64,000 bases of DNA from Catajapyx aquilonaris (taxonomy: Eukaryota), in the NCBI GenBank assembly GCA_000934665.2, contig KZ538253.1, forward strand, positions 1-64,000, read 5' to 3'. The position numbers and the translations under genes are program-made. The notes below the pieces were generated by a model. That model worked only from the letters and a program-made list of their open reading frames with translations. It was not told where the DNA came from and ran no database searches. Within the stretch, counting starts at the first letter, position 1; every line of letters begins with the position of its first letter. Below are positions 1 through 13,669 of the stretch, one piece after another.

Positions 1-1
1 G

Positions 2-97
2 GGCTACCATGGTGACCACCACAAGCATGGCAAGAAAGGTGGTCACCACGAGGAGCATGGTCACCACGGTCACCATCATGGTCACCATCACCATTAG
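2..97 (+). CDS. 3' end of a His/Gly-rich protein (DUF4779-like arthropod His-rich protein), partial
   Basis: Frame 2 reads GYHGDHHKHGKKGGHHEEHGHHGHHHGHHHH-stop (TAG 95-97), followed by AT-rich sequence. The gene starts outside the window and the family call is by resemblance only. Confidence 0.6.
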   Translation, partial: GYHGDHHKHGKKGGHHEEHGHHGHHHGHHHH

Positions 98-908
98 GCC
101 CATTCTATCATATGCTGTATTATGCTTAATATTTATGACTTTAAATTATAGGCCTACGTGCCATTAGCATTATCAAAAAAAATGTGGATATTTGTCTGTG
201 GAATAAGAGCGTATCCCAGCCACTTTAAAAACTGATGTAAAATTTAATGTACATTAAGACATTATTTTTAGCCCAGCTGATGATATTCGTATGCCACTTT
301 CTGTGGGGAAAAATTCGTGAGCAAAAATTTAGCCAGTAAAATTTTTAACTTATTCTCCAAAAAAGTTGTATATCTTGTTGTGATAATTATGCACGCTTAT
401 TCCACATTCACTCAAATATTATTATTAGACTGATTTCGAACAGGTAGTGTTCGACTTGAAGAACAAGGCTTAATAGTGAAAATTAAAGCTCCTTTTTACG
501 CTTACTAACCCAGAAAAGAAACGAGCAATGAACCGTGATGAAATGTCACGCTTTCTTCAGTCTAATGCATAGCATAGAAAAAAGAATCACGACTTTTTAT
601 CCACGCTGCAAGATAAACGCCCTGATTCAGCGTTAACCTCAATTAAATCAACCATTTCCACACTTTGAAAAAAAAAATAGTGCAGTTACCCCCCGTAGTT
701 ACCAGTGACACTGTACATAGTTCCATCCTATTTATTTATTTTCCGTCACTCGTAATAAAAGAAAATCTATTTATTTCATTTGCATATTGCCAAAGTCAAT
801 CCCTGTCGATTTTTTTTAAAGATGTGTAGCTGTTTACTGTATGATGGTCATAAATAAATAAAATCGCTATTCTTGAACACACTAGTGCACTATGCATAAA
901 TCACGCTG

Positions 909-1262
909 CAGTGAAACCTCCCTATAACGGAATTTCAACTCTGAGATTTTCGCTGATATCAATTATTTTTTTAAATCGCTATTATATAGACAGGTTTCTC
1001 TGTATGTTCACTCACACTTCGGTCCGGTTGCACCAATCTTGGAAAACATTTTCCGGCCGGAAAAGATGCAGAAAATGTCTCAGTTTTCCGTTCTGAAAAT
1101 GCGTGGGACCAAAATTTTCTGCATATTTTCCGACCTAAAAATGTTTTCTTGGAGTTGGTGCAACCGGAGCTTAGGTGCACATTTGAGATTCTGGAGTTGT
1201 GCCCATGGGACACCTTAGCTGACTGATATGAAAGCGGTCCATATTTTCTTTTGGTTTCACTA
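909..1262. mobile_element. Probable degenerate Tc1/pogo-type MITE
   Basis: Ends read CAGTGAAACC ... GGTTTCACTA. There is an internal imperfect inverted repeat (GTTGCACCAA..GAAAACATTTT ~1028-1052 vs AAAATGTTTTC..TTGGTGCAAC ~1137-1165). Confidence 0.4.
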
Positions 1263-1341
1263 TAATATCAAACGACAAGCACCGTTCAGTCTCATTGTAT
1301 TGGCACTGTATATTGGCACCTATGTCTCTTGTCAACTATTG

Positions 1342-2970
1342 TTAATGTATTGCGATGCCCGGTTGCTTCTGGTTCCGGGATGAGGAAGGCAGCATCCGGA
1401 GCGGGTCTCGTCCGTACCTGGCGGCCACCTCTCGTTTGAATGTCTCGAATAGTCGTCTGTTGGCCGCGTTTTGTCTCTCCCTCCATGGAGGACGACCTCT
1501 CTTCTTCTGTAAGCCCCAGTGCACCGTAAACACCGGAGTCAGCACCCGAAAGCGGAAGCCCATCACGTACATCTCGTACACCTGGAAAGAAAAAATGTTA
1601 TGGAAAGTACCTGTGCAAATAAGGGGTCATGCACCTGATGCTTACTTGCGTGTTACGTGTGAATCCGTATCCGATGAAGCGTTCGTCGTGAGGCGGAACG
1701 GTGTCAGGTGCCACGTAAAATGGCTCGTAAAGGAATTCGAAGTCTGACACCTCGTGGCTCACCTTCACCGGACCCTCATCAGTCGACAGCTGCCATCTGT
1801 GAGCAAATAAATCCTTATTAAAACGTCTCCGTCATGTCGTGCCAAGATGTAACTCATAATGAGATGACCTGGAAAAGTTGGTTGCAAACTGATTGTGGAT
1901 GAAGACTTTCTGATGGAAAGGTCTGGCCTGTCCCTGCGCGACTAAGGCCAGAAGCTGCGACTTGTTTCTCGGAAAATGCGCTCTCTCGAAAAGCTCGTAT
2001 GTGGGCACCACGTAGGCGCACTTGGAGCAAGGAGGTGATCCGGCCAGGAAGGATGACAGCCTCTGGAACATGTGGACTGAAGGGATGATGTCCACGTCTG
2101 TCAGGAAGACTTGGGAGCTCTGGCAGTTCTTTCTGGCCACATTGCGAAGGTGGTTCTGCGGGTACGGGGTGCTCTCACGCCACTTGGACACAGACGGTGG
2201 CCTTTGATGTAACAGCCATCGGAGACTCCATTCCACCTTGTCGCATGGCAGCTTCGGAGTGCCCAGCTCCAGGGTGGTCACAGGTCCATGGGAAGCAGGG
2301 TAGGCCACATGGAAGCTCACCTGGAAGAGACTGTCAATGTAGTACCATATCCTTCACACAGATGGCTAACTCCCGGACAAACAGAGACACAGACAACTAG
2401 CTTCTCATCCCACCCACCAGAGGCGCTGCCTTCCCCATTGCGCAGGCGTACTCATACCTGAGATCGGACGGCTGGGAAGCAATCGCGCAGGTACCGAATG
2501 TAGTACTTGGCCAGCACGAATTCGATGTCAGGGGTGAAGACCGCGATGGAAATGGGTCCTGCCCATTGATGAGCCACCTGGACCAGCCAGTAGAGGCGCT
2601 CCAAGGATGTTTGAGTGGCCAGACACACCACAGGAGTAGGCTTGTTCTTGCTCTGCTGCCAGTCCTCGCCCGAGACCACGAAGTCATGGATGCGGTACTG
2701 CCTCCTTTGATCCCAACGACCTTCCCAGGACCGGAACCTGAACCAGTCCCAGGAAGTGACGTTGGAATTGTTGCTAGGGTAGTTGCTAGGAGGAGGCGGA
2801 TGTGGTGGAGCTTGCAGGTTGGCAGCCGAGTTGGGGTTGGCTGTACCTGAAGAAGGCAGCTCGCAGGCGGAATGGAGGAGCTGCATGGTCAGCAGGTTGA
2901 CCACCACCACCACCACCAGCACACCCACCATCAGGTTCCATAGTCGGCACCAAGCCTGCTGGTCACACAT
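1342..2970 (-). CDS. B4GAT1: Beta-1,4-glucuronyltransferase 1 (Glyco_transf_49), about 451 aa; exons 2970-2458, 2320-1869, 1796-1646, 1581-1342
   Basis: Type II membrane anchor LMVGVLVVVVVVNLL. Motifs LATQTS, WAGPISIAVF, YPQNHLRNVAR, LTDVDIIP, YEPFYV and DERFIGYGFTRNTQ. All introns are GT-AG and in frame. An alternative in-frame start lies at 3009. Confidence 0.88.
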
Positions 2971-4175
2971 TGATAAATTACTGGTGAACCCGTTGCCAAA
3001 ATTGGGCATGACAGTGAAAATCAACCAACTTTAATAAGATGGCCCGCCGATTTACCACATAGTACTATTCTTAACGGATAGATGGCGCACACTCCCTCTG
3101 CACACTCCTGCCACCTTCTATAAGGCCGGACAAACGTCCGACAGAGAGAATAAGCCTATTAGAGAAATATTATGGCAGCCTGGCCAGATCCGGCTCGTCT
3201 AGACTCACCATGCAGCACACCTGTCCATGCTACAAATTGTAGGAGTCATATGGAGATGATTGCTGGAGGAGCCAAGTCATAATAACTGATTTAATTAAGG
3301 CTATGTGTAATTGAGATCCGAAATGCTACGGGGTTAGTTTTGGTGGAGGGTTAACGACCACGAAAGCCTCCGAATGTCCTATAAATTGCTCTAATTGCTC
3401 AGGACCTTAGGAGGGGAAGCTTTGTGGCCACCTCCTAAATGCTTTGCCGGATATTGGGGGCTAGAAGCTACTGCCGTTGCTGGTTTAATCTATGATTTCC
3501 GCAATTATTTCGAAGCCCATAGGCGGTTGCTGCAATTAGAAGGAGAACGTCGCATTATGTTACCCCCAAACACATGCACCGCTCAATTTAGCGGAAGGGG
3601 CAGTGGATTTAAAAATGAAATCGACATGTAAAATATTATTAGACCTATACTGCTTGCAGAGAGTTGAGGTGATGAAAATTATTATGCCCATTTTTAGACA
3701 TGAATTTTTAGGCACGAATTAATTACCACAATCATGGAATTGAGGCAGAATCAATTTTTCCACTAACTACGTTGTGTACAGATGCGTTATTTATACAGCT
3801 CAACTACTGTGAGTACCAGGTGTCAATTGGTCTGTTGTTCAGGTAATTATCAGTAATTAAATACAGAGTATCACACATACATCGACTTACCATCAACCTG
3901 TATGAAAATAATGAAGTGCAGGATATGGCAATTGAAAAAAAAGTCAATTTCAATCGGTTTAACCTCCCTTTAAGCTGAACCATGTTAGCCTCTAAGTAGC
4001 TTACACGTTGAAACAATCGCTAAATTGAAGACCCCATGCAAAAAAAAGGAGGCCCTCGTTGCATTAATGAGATCCAGGATTAAAAACCGGGAATATCGGA
4101 TTGAAAAAAAAAGCCTGGCCCCCTCTTTTTTCCAACGAACATCCTCATAATACCCCCCCCCCCCCCCCCCCCCCA

Positions 4176-4334
4176 NNNNNNNNNNNNNNNNNNNNNNNNN
4201 NNNNNNNNNNNNNNNNNNNNNNNNNNNNNNNNNNNNNNNNNNNNNNNNNNNNNNNNNNNNNNNNNNNNNNNNNNNNNNNNNNNNNNNNNNNNNNNNNNNN
4301 NNNNNNNNNNNNNNNNNNNNNNNNNNNNNNNNNN
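4176..4334. other. Assembly gap flanked by poly-C runs
   Basis: Run of N bases. Confidence 0.99.
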
Positions 4335-7300
4335 CCCCCCCCCCCAAAAAAAAAAAAAAAAAATCAGTGGTCCAAACCCGTGAATAACCTTTGACCTGCT
4401 CAGGACTAAAGATCAGACCTTCTGTCCGACGTGGGTAACAAACGACTAGTCCGAACAATTCAATTAGGTCCAATCCAGATAGGTAAATGGGCATGAATTT
4501 GTCGAATCCATCGACTGAAATTTTACAGTGTTATTAATGTTTTGTATGTGCGGATTTTTCCCCCCGTATGCACGACATATTTCAACATGCTGTTATTATT
4601 CTGTCATGCTTTTTTTTTGTGGATGCAAGAGTCTGTACGTTAAAACGAATCGACTTCTGTGCGGTCACGCAATCCACGAAATGTACCTGTTTGGCCTTGC
4701 ATTTTTTTTTGCAGGTTGTTGTTTTAGACCTTTGAAAAAAATATCCAGTAGAGACTAAAGCGGACGTGCAACAAAAACAAACATTATTGAGGAACCAAGC
4801 CGCTGACTAATTATAGTGTCCCGCGGGTTACAAAGCCAATTTGCAGGCCACATTGTTTCCTGAATGGACCATTGGGTTTCTCTGGTCCTTTGAAGACTAT
4901 TTCGAACTAGGCATTAATTCCAAATGCCATTTACTATAGAGAGGGCACCGATTTCGCTGGACCCATTTGTTATTGGTGAGGATTAGCAACTCCGAACTTT
5001 GCTCTGTTTTATTACCCAGGCAAAACCCAGCAAGTTCCTAAATCACTGGGTTCGATCAAGGCCTGCGTGATTAATGAGGCTAAATCCTGTGTACACCACC
5101 AATTGCCTAGTTATGGTGTGGAACCATCAAACCAACGAGTAAAAAAAATATTTCACTGAACTTCACAGAAAGTGATTCAAAATTCCTACCGGTAATATAA
5201 CTGATTATGATTAATGTTAATTGATCAAAATTTATTCAAATCAAATTGTGCTAAATCAGTTCAAACATTTGAGTGTCCACATGCATTAGATCAACTATAC
5301 TATAACATACTAGAAAGGTTTTCCAAGAAATTAATTGCATTCCATTTGCTTAATGTATAACAAAATTACGCATCATGATTGAGCTAAATATTTGATGAGA
5401 TTCCTGGGCACAGTCGCAATAAGGCACTATTAAAACGATGGATGTAATAAAGTCCATAAAGTCTTGATTAAGGTTCGCTGAATTCCGTGACTGGAGCCAC
5501 TCAGTATGAGGCTGGCAAGGAACACTTTCAACCACTGCTATTGCCCCCACTTCACAAATTAAAACTATCAGCGGTGATTGATGGAGAGGAAGAGGGGGGG
5601 GGGGAAAGAACTTGAAATGACGCATTCAGTTTGGTTGTTTTCATTTAATTTGGGTTTTTAATTAAATTGTGACATGTATTACGGAGCAGGATCTACATGC
5701 GAGTAATGAAATAGTTCCGTGCGTTATTTTTAACTAGATGAGATTAATAGGTCCTTGGGAGTCGGCCAAAATGCTTCCATATTTTTTTCTCCATTCTAAT
5801 TATTTCAAACCAGTTCATGTTCACTTATTTGTTCATATAGAGAAACCAGAATATTACCCTTTTACGTGCACATTTTGAAGGCCATGCTTTACGTATGCAT
5901 GGTTGACTATGCAAATAGGAAAGGAATCGAATGTTCCAAAGCTCATAAAGCTGCAATTGAATCTACCACATGCTTTTTACACATTCTATCGCCAAGTAGT
6001 GTGTTTTTTTTTTAAAATACCTGTGCTCGAATCAGGATCGATAAGTGGCGCCTTACTCTAACACTTCATTATACAGAAGCATTGCGTGCAGAAAATCAAA
6101 GTGTAGGCATGAATGTTGCATAATTTCATTCAATTTCTCCCGTCAAATCAAAACATTTAAAATACGATTGAAGGCATCGTTTCATGAAGAATATTATACT
6201 CACTTGTTAGTGTTCGTTGTAGGTGAGTCTAAAATAAGATTTTATAACATATAGCCTTTTGGTTGAGTCCGCATTACTTAACGTTAGCAACAGAATGCAG
6301 TCTAATTAATAATTTAAGCTGTTGTTCCAAAATAGTCTGTGACTAGGCCAGCTGGTGCAATAAAACCAAAATATTTACAGTGAATCCACAGCAATGTATG
6401 GCAAAATCGATAAGAAAATAGCTTACTCACTCTCCATGCGTGCAATGTATTTAAATATTTATATTATAAGCCATGCAGGTGTAATAAAATTGAACATTAT
6501 CACTTTGGAGAAAAAGTCAAACTACAAAATCATCGCCATATGCACATGTTATTATTGTTTCTTCTCTTTATTGAAAAATATGACGTTCAACCTGGTTTCT
6601 GGAGTAAACAATTCGCCTGTCTGCTGCAGTCACCTACTTTTTCAGGCCTGCAAAAAAAAGGCAAGTCAGTCCATACCCATGCACATAACACAGGCGGGCA
6701 GGCCTGGCATGCTGTTTGAAAAGCAAAAATATGTTCAACGTAGGTACATCAATTTTAATATGGCAGGCGGAAGCCCCCCCTTCACTATAGTCCAGATAAA
6801 AAACCCCTGCTAGCTGTGCCCATATCCAGATGGGTCCATTGTGAATGCCATGGACAAAAAAAAAAGTTCTAAAGCATTAGCCTGTCGGAGGGGTGGAAAA
6901 AAAAAAACTTCTCCAAAAAGTGATGGTGTCATGCCTCGTATGTGTTATTTCGCTTCGAAATTTTTATGCTGTGCTTGTTGAAAGCGGAATCTGCAATACT
7001 GCTGGCCTTTTGAGATGTCACTGCCATAATTTGGCCATTTCCAGTGGCGAACCCCTCGTAAACTGCGGATACTCGTGCAGTAGTTCTCAGACCTAGGCAC
7101 TTTCCTGCAAAAAAGATATGATTCATTTCTGCTCACCCCCCCTCATAGATTTCTTCCAAAAAAAAAAAGTTGCGTTATTTATGGACCGCAGTTTCTATTA
7201 CAGCTGAACATAAAGCACGGTCATTTTGTGATGAAGCGAAGTGTTTTTCCGGAGTAACGAGCTGGCTCCAGTTTTAAGTCTCGTCCAAGTTTTAAGTGCC

Positions 7301-8608
7301 AAATTCCTGGAAACTATTCTGAATAATTTGAGCAATTTCAGCGCATTATTCGCAAGCCTTTACATCACTAATTGCAAAGTATGGGTGAACCTAACTGTAA
7401 ACTGCTCATCACTTAAATAATAATGTACCCAATCTAATAATTTGAATATGTGTTCGTTTTATACATAGTTGGACTAGCCTAATATAAATTGTAGAATTAA
7501 GGTGTACAGAGTATGTAAAAAATTGCAAATACCATGCACTCTTTACGTAGATATTTTATTTGGCTTTCGCTACCTCGTTACCGAGATAACAAACTGCGAG
7601 AATCAAAGAGTTCATTAAGTGCACAGAGATAGTATGCGACATTTGATTTGGCTTGTTGACTGCCTGCTACATTTTTTGTTAACAATCCATCCAACAATTG
7701 GACGGGGTTATGCAATAATGGGTCAACCCACAAAAATGTCAGACAGTTAAAATCACGCTGTGGAAATCTGCCAAATTCTGCCATGAATGACCGAAAAGAA
7801 CACTGAATTAATTTCACAGGTATGACCTTCACAGCCCATTTTCTCAAAACTGTTCTCGTGTGGGTTGACTCATTATTGCATAACACCGTCCAATTAATAA
7901 CGTCCAAAATTTTGTTCGGGAAGTAGAAGCGGCTGTATGCCCATAACATAAAAATTAAATTAGGTACAGCCATGCAATTTTAAGCTGAATTAGTATACAA
8001 CAATGTCTACCTATAAGGCACGTTCATTCATTACTTGATAATTAATTAACCCACATTTTAAAAAAAGGATGTCATATCAAACGCGATGTAATCGCACGCA
8101 TAATTACCCGCAGTACCAACAATGCTCAGTACCATCCCATTAAATAAACCACCGCTCCATCAGCACAATCCCCATTATTCGCACACACAACAGCTATGAA
8201 TACGAGATGAGATATGCAATAATATCCCATCTGATGGGTGTTATTATACTGACCTGCACCATATTACGCCTTCAGTCGTGTACCGGCAGGTGACACACAC
8301 TACCCCCCTGGCCGCACCTGCTGGTCGAACGTGTACGTCCAGTGTGCACGTCCATACCATCAGAACCTCCAGCAGACCCCTCCATAGCCATCCTTCTCTT
8401 CTCTCTGCTGCTTCGGAATCCACTGAGCTCCTCTGGTTCCACCAGGTCGCACCAGAGGGAAATCCCGCCTCTCATATTGATCACTTTAACCCTCACCCAC
8501 CCTATACTACTGTGTACTACAGGGTATGCCCCCCCACCAGTACACAAAATCGACGCTTTTCATGTGAATTCACCCACATGTCCATTAAACACAAACACAA
8601 ATCTTTAT

Positions 8609-10781
8609 TCAATCATGTAAGCTTGAAAGGTCTTTCTTGGCTTTCTGGACCACCTCGCAGTGCCTCTCGTTCCTCTTCTGCAGGTTGTCCAAAGTCGCCT
8701 GCAGCTCCTGCAGCTGATTATTCTTGTCTCCATCGTCTTTCCTGGCAGCAGCAAACCTGGTCAGGTCCCGATTCTTCATAAGGGCCAGATTTGGATGGGG
8801 CAGGATCTTCTTATCGCGGGCCTCTTGCAAAGCCTTCTTCACTCTCTCCTCCTGTAAATTGAACGTCAGATTAGAACTGACGGACGTCGGACACGTGGGA
8901 CGCACGTACCTTGTGACAGCCGCATAAGCAGCATTCATTAGTCTTCTCCGCTTTGGGAGGAGGCCTCTTTGACAGTTCAGCAATTGGCAAGGGCACCATG
9001 CGACGTGGCGGGAGTGGTCGGGTCAACTTGCTTGCATATTCCAGCCCCTGTGGAAACCGCACATAAATATAGAATTGGCTAGGCGTCATTTTGTCTCTGG
9101 TGACTCATCACCAACGTGGATATAGTACTACTTTGCCGCTGAGAGGGCAGTAGTGTTCAGAGAGGGAATATGCACGCCATCTGTGAATGGCATGTCGTAC
9201 AACTACAAGGTGGCGCGCAGACTCCCTCTCTGCACACTGCTGCCCTCTCAGCGGGAAAGTACGGTAGTATACTATATGCACGTTGGTGATGAGTCTGGCC
9301 AACTCTATAATACCGACAACACTCCTATAGGATGAAACTACCGACCCTTTGTCGTCTGCTGGGTCCCACCTTCACCGGCTCTTCCTGCTTCAAGAGCCGT
9401 TTGGTCACTCTGCTTTTGGCATCTTCGGCTTCCTTCATCCAGGATGTCTGCTGCTGCTCTTTGGCCGCGACATGGGCTGCCTCATGTCTCATCACGATGT
9501 CCCTGTAGCTCGCACTTTGGTCTGCCACCACCCCTGGCTTTCTCTTGTTGTTGATGTTGTTTCTCACGCAGTTCCTGGCCCACAAAGTTTCGGCGGTCCC
9601 CATTACTATCTCGCCAGTGTGTTCTCTGACCAATATCTTCGGCTGCTCCGGAAATCTTGGGGCCCTGCAGGGTGGTCTTAGCTTGGGTGTTTTCTCAGCT
9701 GTTTCTGGCTGCTTGGGTTTGACTAATAACGGCTTCGGCTTGTAGGTGATGTTCACCGGAATCTTTCCGAAGGTGCTGATGGTTTCAGATTTGTTGAGCC
9801 AACTTAATGTCTTGGAAGTGGCGGTGCTTACGGTGATGACTGAAACCATGTCGGACGATACCTCTTTGACTGTTGGAGTATTCAGCTGTTGGACATCGCT
9901 CACATTGTCTGCTGGTAAGTGATAAAAATAGGCAGCATTTACAGGGCTGTAGCGCACATCATTTAACAAAATGTCTCACCATGATGGACCGCCGTCTGAG
10001 GTCTGTCTTGCAGAGAGCTTTCAGATCCTGGTTTGAAACCCTTCTTTTTGCAAACAACTTCTCTGTAGTTGGTACACTTGTTGGGCCGACCTTTTCTCCA
10101 TGCATTTGCAGCGTTCATGTGCACAAAGTCCTTCTTCTGAACCTTTTTCTGAGCCATTCGAGCTTGGGCTTCAGCCTGGGCCGCATTGTAGTTGTCCTGA
10201 ACGTACTTCTGGCAGTTAATCCGCTCTTCTTTCAGGTACAAGATCTCACCTCCCTCTGTGGTCATTGAGTCTTCTTGAAAAGATCTGTCCTGATCTAAGG
10301 TGTATTCACTTTGAGGTGGTTCCTTCTGAGGGTGCCGCTTTTGTGTGACCTGAGTTGTGTAGGAGCCTCTTCCACTTTCAGATTTCTTCCATGTACCTCG
10401 GGGAATAAAAGAACGTCTTTTCCTTCCAGGAGCTGGCGAAGGATTGGGCCTAAGCAACAGCATACAAAAATTCAGAAATGGCGAGAATGCAAAATAACGA
10501 GGAATTAATCACACAAAAGTTGATGCTTACTGATGAAAAATTGAAGGAACACCTTGACGACCTTTGTGCAAAAAGAACGGAGCATTTTTAGTCTCTCCAG
10601 CTGACTCTTCATTATGTTCTGATTCCTGATGTTTATTGTCTCCGAAGGAAGTGTCCTGCGAATAGTGAAACGAATTTTCCAAACTATCAGGAGACTCGTA
10701 TCTTGCAGGATTCACAGGAGATGTCGACTCTAGGGAATCGTCATCGTATGTTCTTCCTTCTCTAGAACCGTCTGGGTTCAT
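8609..10781 (-). CDS. Uncharacterised hydrophilic protein, about 555 aa, with a likely coiled-coil C-terminus; exons 10781-10531, 10449-9980, 9911-9346, 9047-8910, 8851-8609
   Basis: Five consecutive minus-strand ORFs join through short GT-AG introns into one open frame of 1668 nt. Confidence 0.72.
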
Positions 10782-12092
10782 GTTTATAGAGAGGGTTTTT
10801 TAAAACAAAAGTCCAGTGACTAGCCTATAAAATGTTGGAATTATTAGGCTGGAACATGGTCATATATTGTGATGAGATTGTCAAACCTGTAAACTATATC
10901 CGGCTTAGAAGTATGACGACGTAAAACCAGTAGAAAATTTGTATAATAAGATAAGTCGTAGTAAATCTTCACTGCGTCTGATATCGAGCAATTCATGCAA
11001 ATAAGTTTAATGTAAACAGTTGCTCGCTTGTTTAACCATGGAATCGTATTAATTTAACAATTAAGTGCAAATGAATGGCAGGGTGTGATCATGAAAAAGT
11101 GTACAGTGTAAGGAGCCAAAAATGAAGTAAGATTGTGTTGCAATGAGTTATTGTGATAAAACGTGAAGATTCGAAATTACGTAAACAAAAGGAGGAAAAA
11201 ATAGGATTCCCACTTTGTTATCAGAAACAACATCCACTAAAAGTGATTATCGCCAGGCAACAGTGGCGATGGTGTCATATAGTCCACTCAGGTCACTACT
11301 TATACGCGTGGATTCAATCTCTATTACGATTCCTGAAGTAATATAACATCAATAAGCTACTGATTGGTGCATTACGACTCCTAACACATGCACCTCCATC
11401 ATGTTACATGCAATTGAAAATAAAGCTGCATGTTCACAGCGACCTTGGATTTTACACAGTTCAAATCTTCGGTACACAGAGCTGGATATTTGTTTTTAGG
11501 CGACAGAAGGTTTTTAGACAGTTGAAGTGCAAACATGGCCTTATCTTCAGCGAGATAAATAGTCTTTTATGTAGGGTCTGTTGGGTTCAAACTTTGTCCA
11601 CTTCTCAGCCTGCTCTTCTCCAAGTCAGAGGTAAAAATTTTGTCTTCTTGTCTTCTCCAGTACGACATGATAAGTAGCCATACTATACATATTTGAGCTT
11701 TGCATACCTGTTGGTTTTTGTATCAAAAAGGGGGGGGGGGGGCTCAGTTTGCGAAATCTATACTCGTAAGTACGTGTCAGAAGTTATATGGAAATGCCAC
11801 AAGTTTATTACGTGCATGGGTATAATTAATCTTAGACCCTGAAACTATAATTGTCAAGAAAAATAAACCCGCTTGTTTCATGCTGAAAATGGCATCCCCA
11901 AAACCTCGTAATTACGATTAAGTAGTCCGGTTCATAATATTTTGTGGTGATTATTATCAAGTGAGAGGGCCTTCAACTTTATCTTTTGAGCTCACTCCAC
12001 GACGCTAATAAGTTACATTATCGCAACTACATTTTGTAGCCGTTATTTTACACGAGTATTCGCTGCGCTATTTTCCACCCCCGCGACAATTC

Positions 12093-12104
12093 AAAGATGG
12101 CCGC
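12093..12104 (+). promoter_or_regulatory. YY1/Pleiohomeotic-like site upstream of RRP8
   Basis: AAAGATGGCCGC matches the AAGATGGC core about 55 nt before the RRP8 ATG. Its own ATG opens only a 6-codon uORF. Confidence 0.4.
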
Positions 12105-12153
12105 GCCCAGTTGTTAAGCACGCTAGTTTTTCTTCTCGTCTTGTTGCAGAGAG

Positions 12154-13669
12154 ATGTTTCAGGTTCCTCGCTGGGGAAGCACCAGGGCCGCCCCGGGGCA
12201 AGATGTGGGAACCGTCGGGAAGGTAGCGGGCGTGTCCTTGACGCCTGGAAAGAAGGTGAAATGTTTGGATGGGGGAAAAAAGGGGGACAGTATCTGGCAC
12301 GAGATAAATGTTATCTTGAGTGTGAAACAAAGCAGGGTTATCTTTTTAATATTTAATCTTGAATAAACTCCACGTACTGCAGGTTCATTGAGTATTGATT
12401 ACACTGCTGAGTATGCCTCACACGCAAACAAACCGACCGTAGCCTAGTTAAACGTATTATCCCCAAAGTATTTTATGGAACACACCCACAAGCCTTGAAT
12501 CTGTTAGTAACAAGTATGGACATGAAATATACGGTATGACATTAATAATTTCTTTGTCATCCAGGTGAAAAATGGCAAGGGCAAGAAGAAACATGTGGCG
12601 CAGCTTCCTGCGGCGGCGGAGAAAGTTGCTGGCGTAGATTGGAATGTGACCAGCATGAAGGCCCCAGCTGGTGTTAAGCGGAAGCTGCCACTCACTGTCA
12701 GCGATGGGTCAGTTGCTAAGAAGAGGAGGAGGAAGATGCGGAGGAAGCAGGCCGAGGTGGGAACTGCGCCGAAGAGTACGGAGAAGACTGATCCACCCAA
12801 TGTGAAACCAAACATGACGCCAAACACTGCAAAAGGAGGGATCCGGCGGAGGAAGAGTAACCTTAATCCTGGGAAATTAATCCAGGTGTTGAAGGCAGCT
12901 GAAACCCTACAGAAGAAACCAAAGCCGGAGGGTCTGAATGAGAAAATGATGGACCGCCTGAAGGGCTCACGATTTAGGTTCCTGAACGAGAGGCTGTATA
13001 CTAGCACAAGCAAGGAAGCAGTCAACTTGTTTCAAAGCAATCCCGATGCCTTTCGCATGTACCATGAAGGCTACCGAAGTCAGGTGTCTAAATGGATCGT
13101 AGATCCACTAGATGTAATAATTCAGGATGTGATGAAAATTCCCAACTCTCACGTAATTGCCGACTTTGGTTGCGGTTCTGCACGATTGGCAAGAACAGTG
13201 CCAAATAAATGTCACTCGTTTGATCTGGTGGCTTTGAATGACTATGTGACTGCTTGCGACATGTCCCACACATCTCTGCCAGATTCGTCTGTGGATGTCG
13301 CTGTCTTCTGCTTGTCTCTCATGGGCACAAATATGGCAGATTACATCATAGAGGCCAACCGTGTCTTAAAGAATGGGTGTGTATATTGTCATAATTGCGT
13401 CAAATGTGATTCATTGGGAATTGGTTTGATGATGTTTTTTTTTCTCCCTCCCTTCCAGTGGGACCATGAAGATTGCTGAAGTTGAAAGCCGATTCAATGG
13501 AGACGTCACCTCATTTATGGAAGGCATTGAGCGTTTTGGGTTCAAACATTTATCTGTAAATGGGCAGAAGGTGTTTGTTTTTATGGACTTCAAAAAGACT
13601 ACAACAATTCGAAGGAAGGGTAGGATGCCGTCACTCAGTCTTATGCCGTGCTTGTACAAAAAGCGATAA
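12154..13669 (+). CDS. RRP8: Ribosomal RNA-processing protein 8 (rRNA m1A methyltransferase), about 374 aa; exons 12154-12255, 12565-13376, 13459-13669
   Basis: N-terminus MFQVPRW. Motifs RLKGSRFRFLNERLYT, YHEGYRSQVSKW, IADFGCG (SAM binding), VFCLSLMGTN, IAEVESRF and terminal PCLYKKR. Confidence 0.95.

Noticed and set aside
3985..4494. ORFs spanning the N gap
   Set aside because: Artefacts of the unresolved bases.
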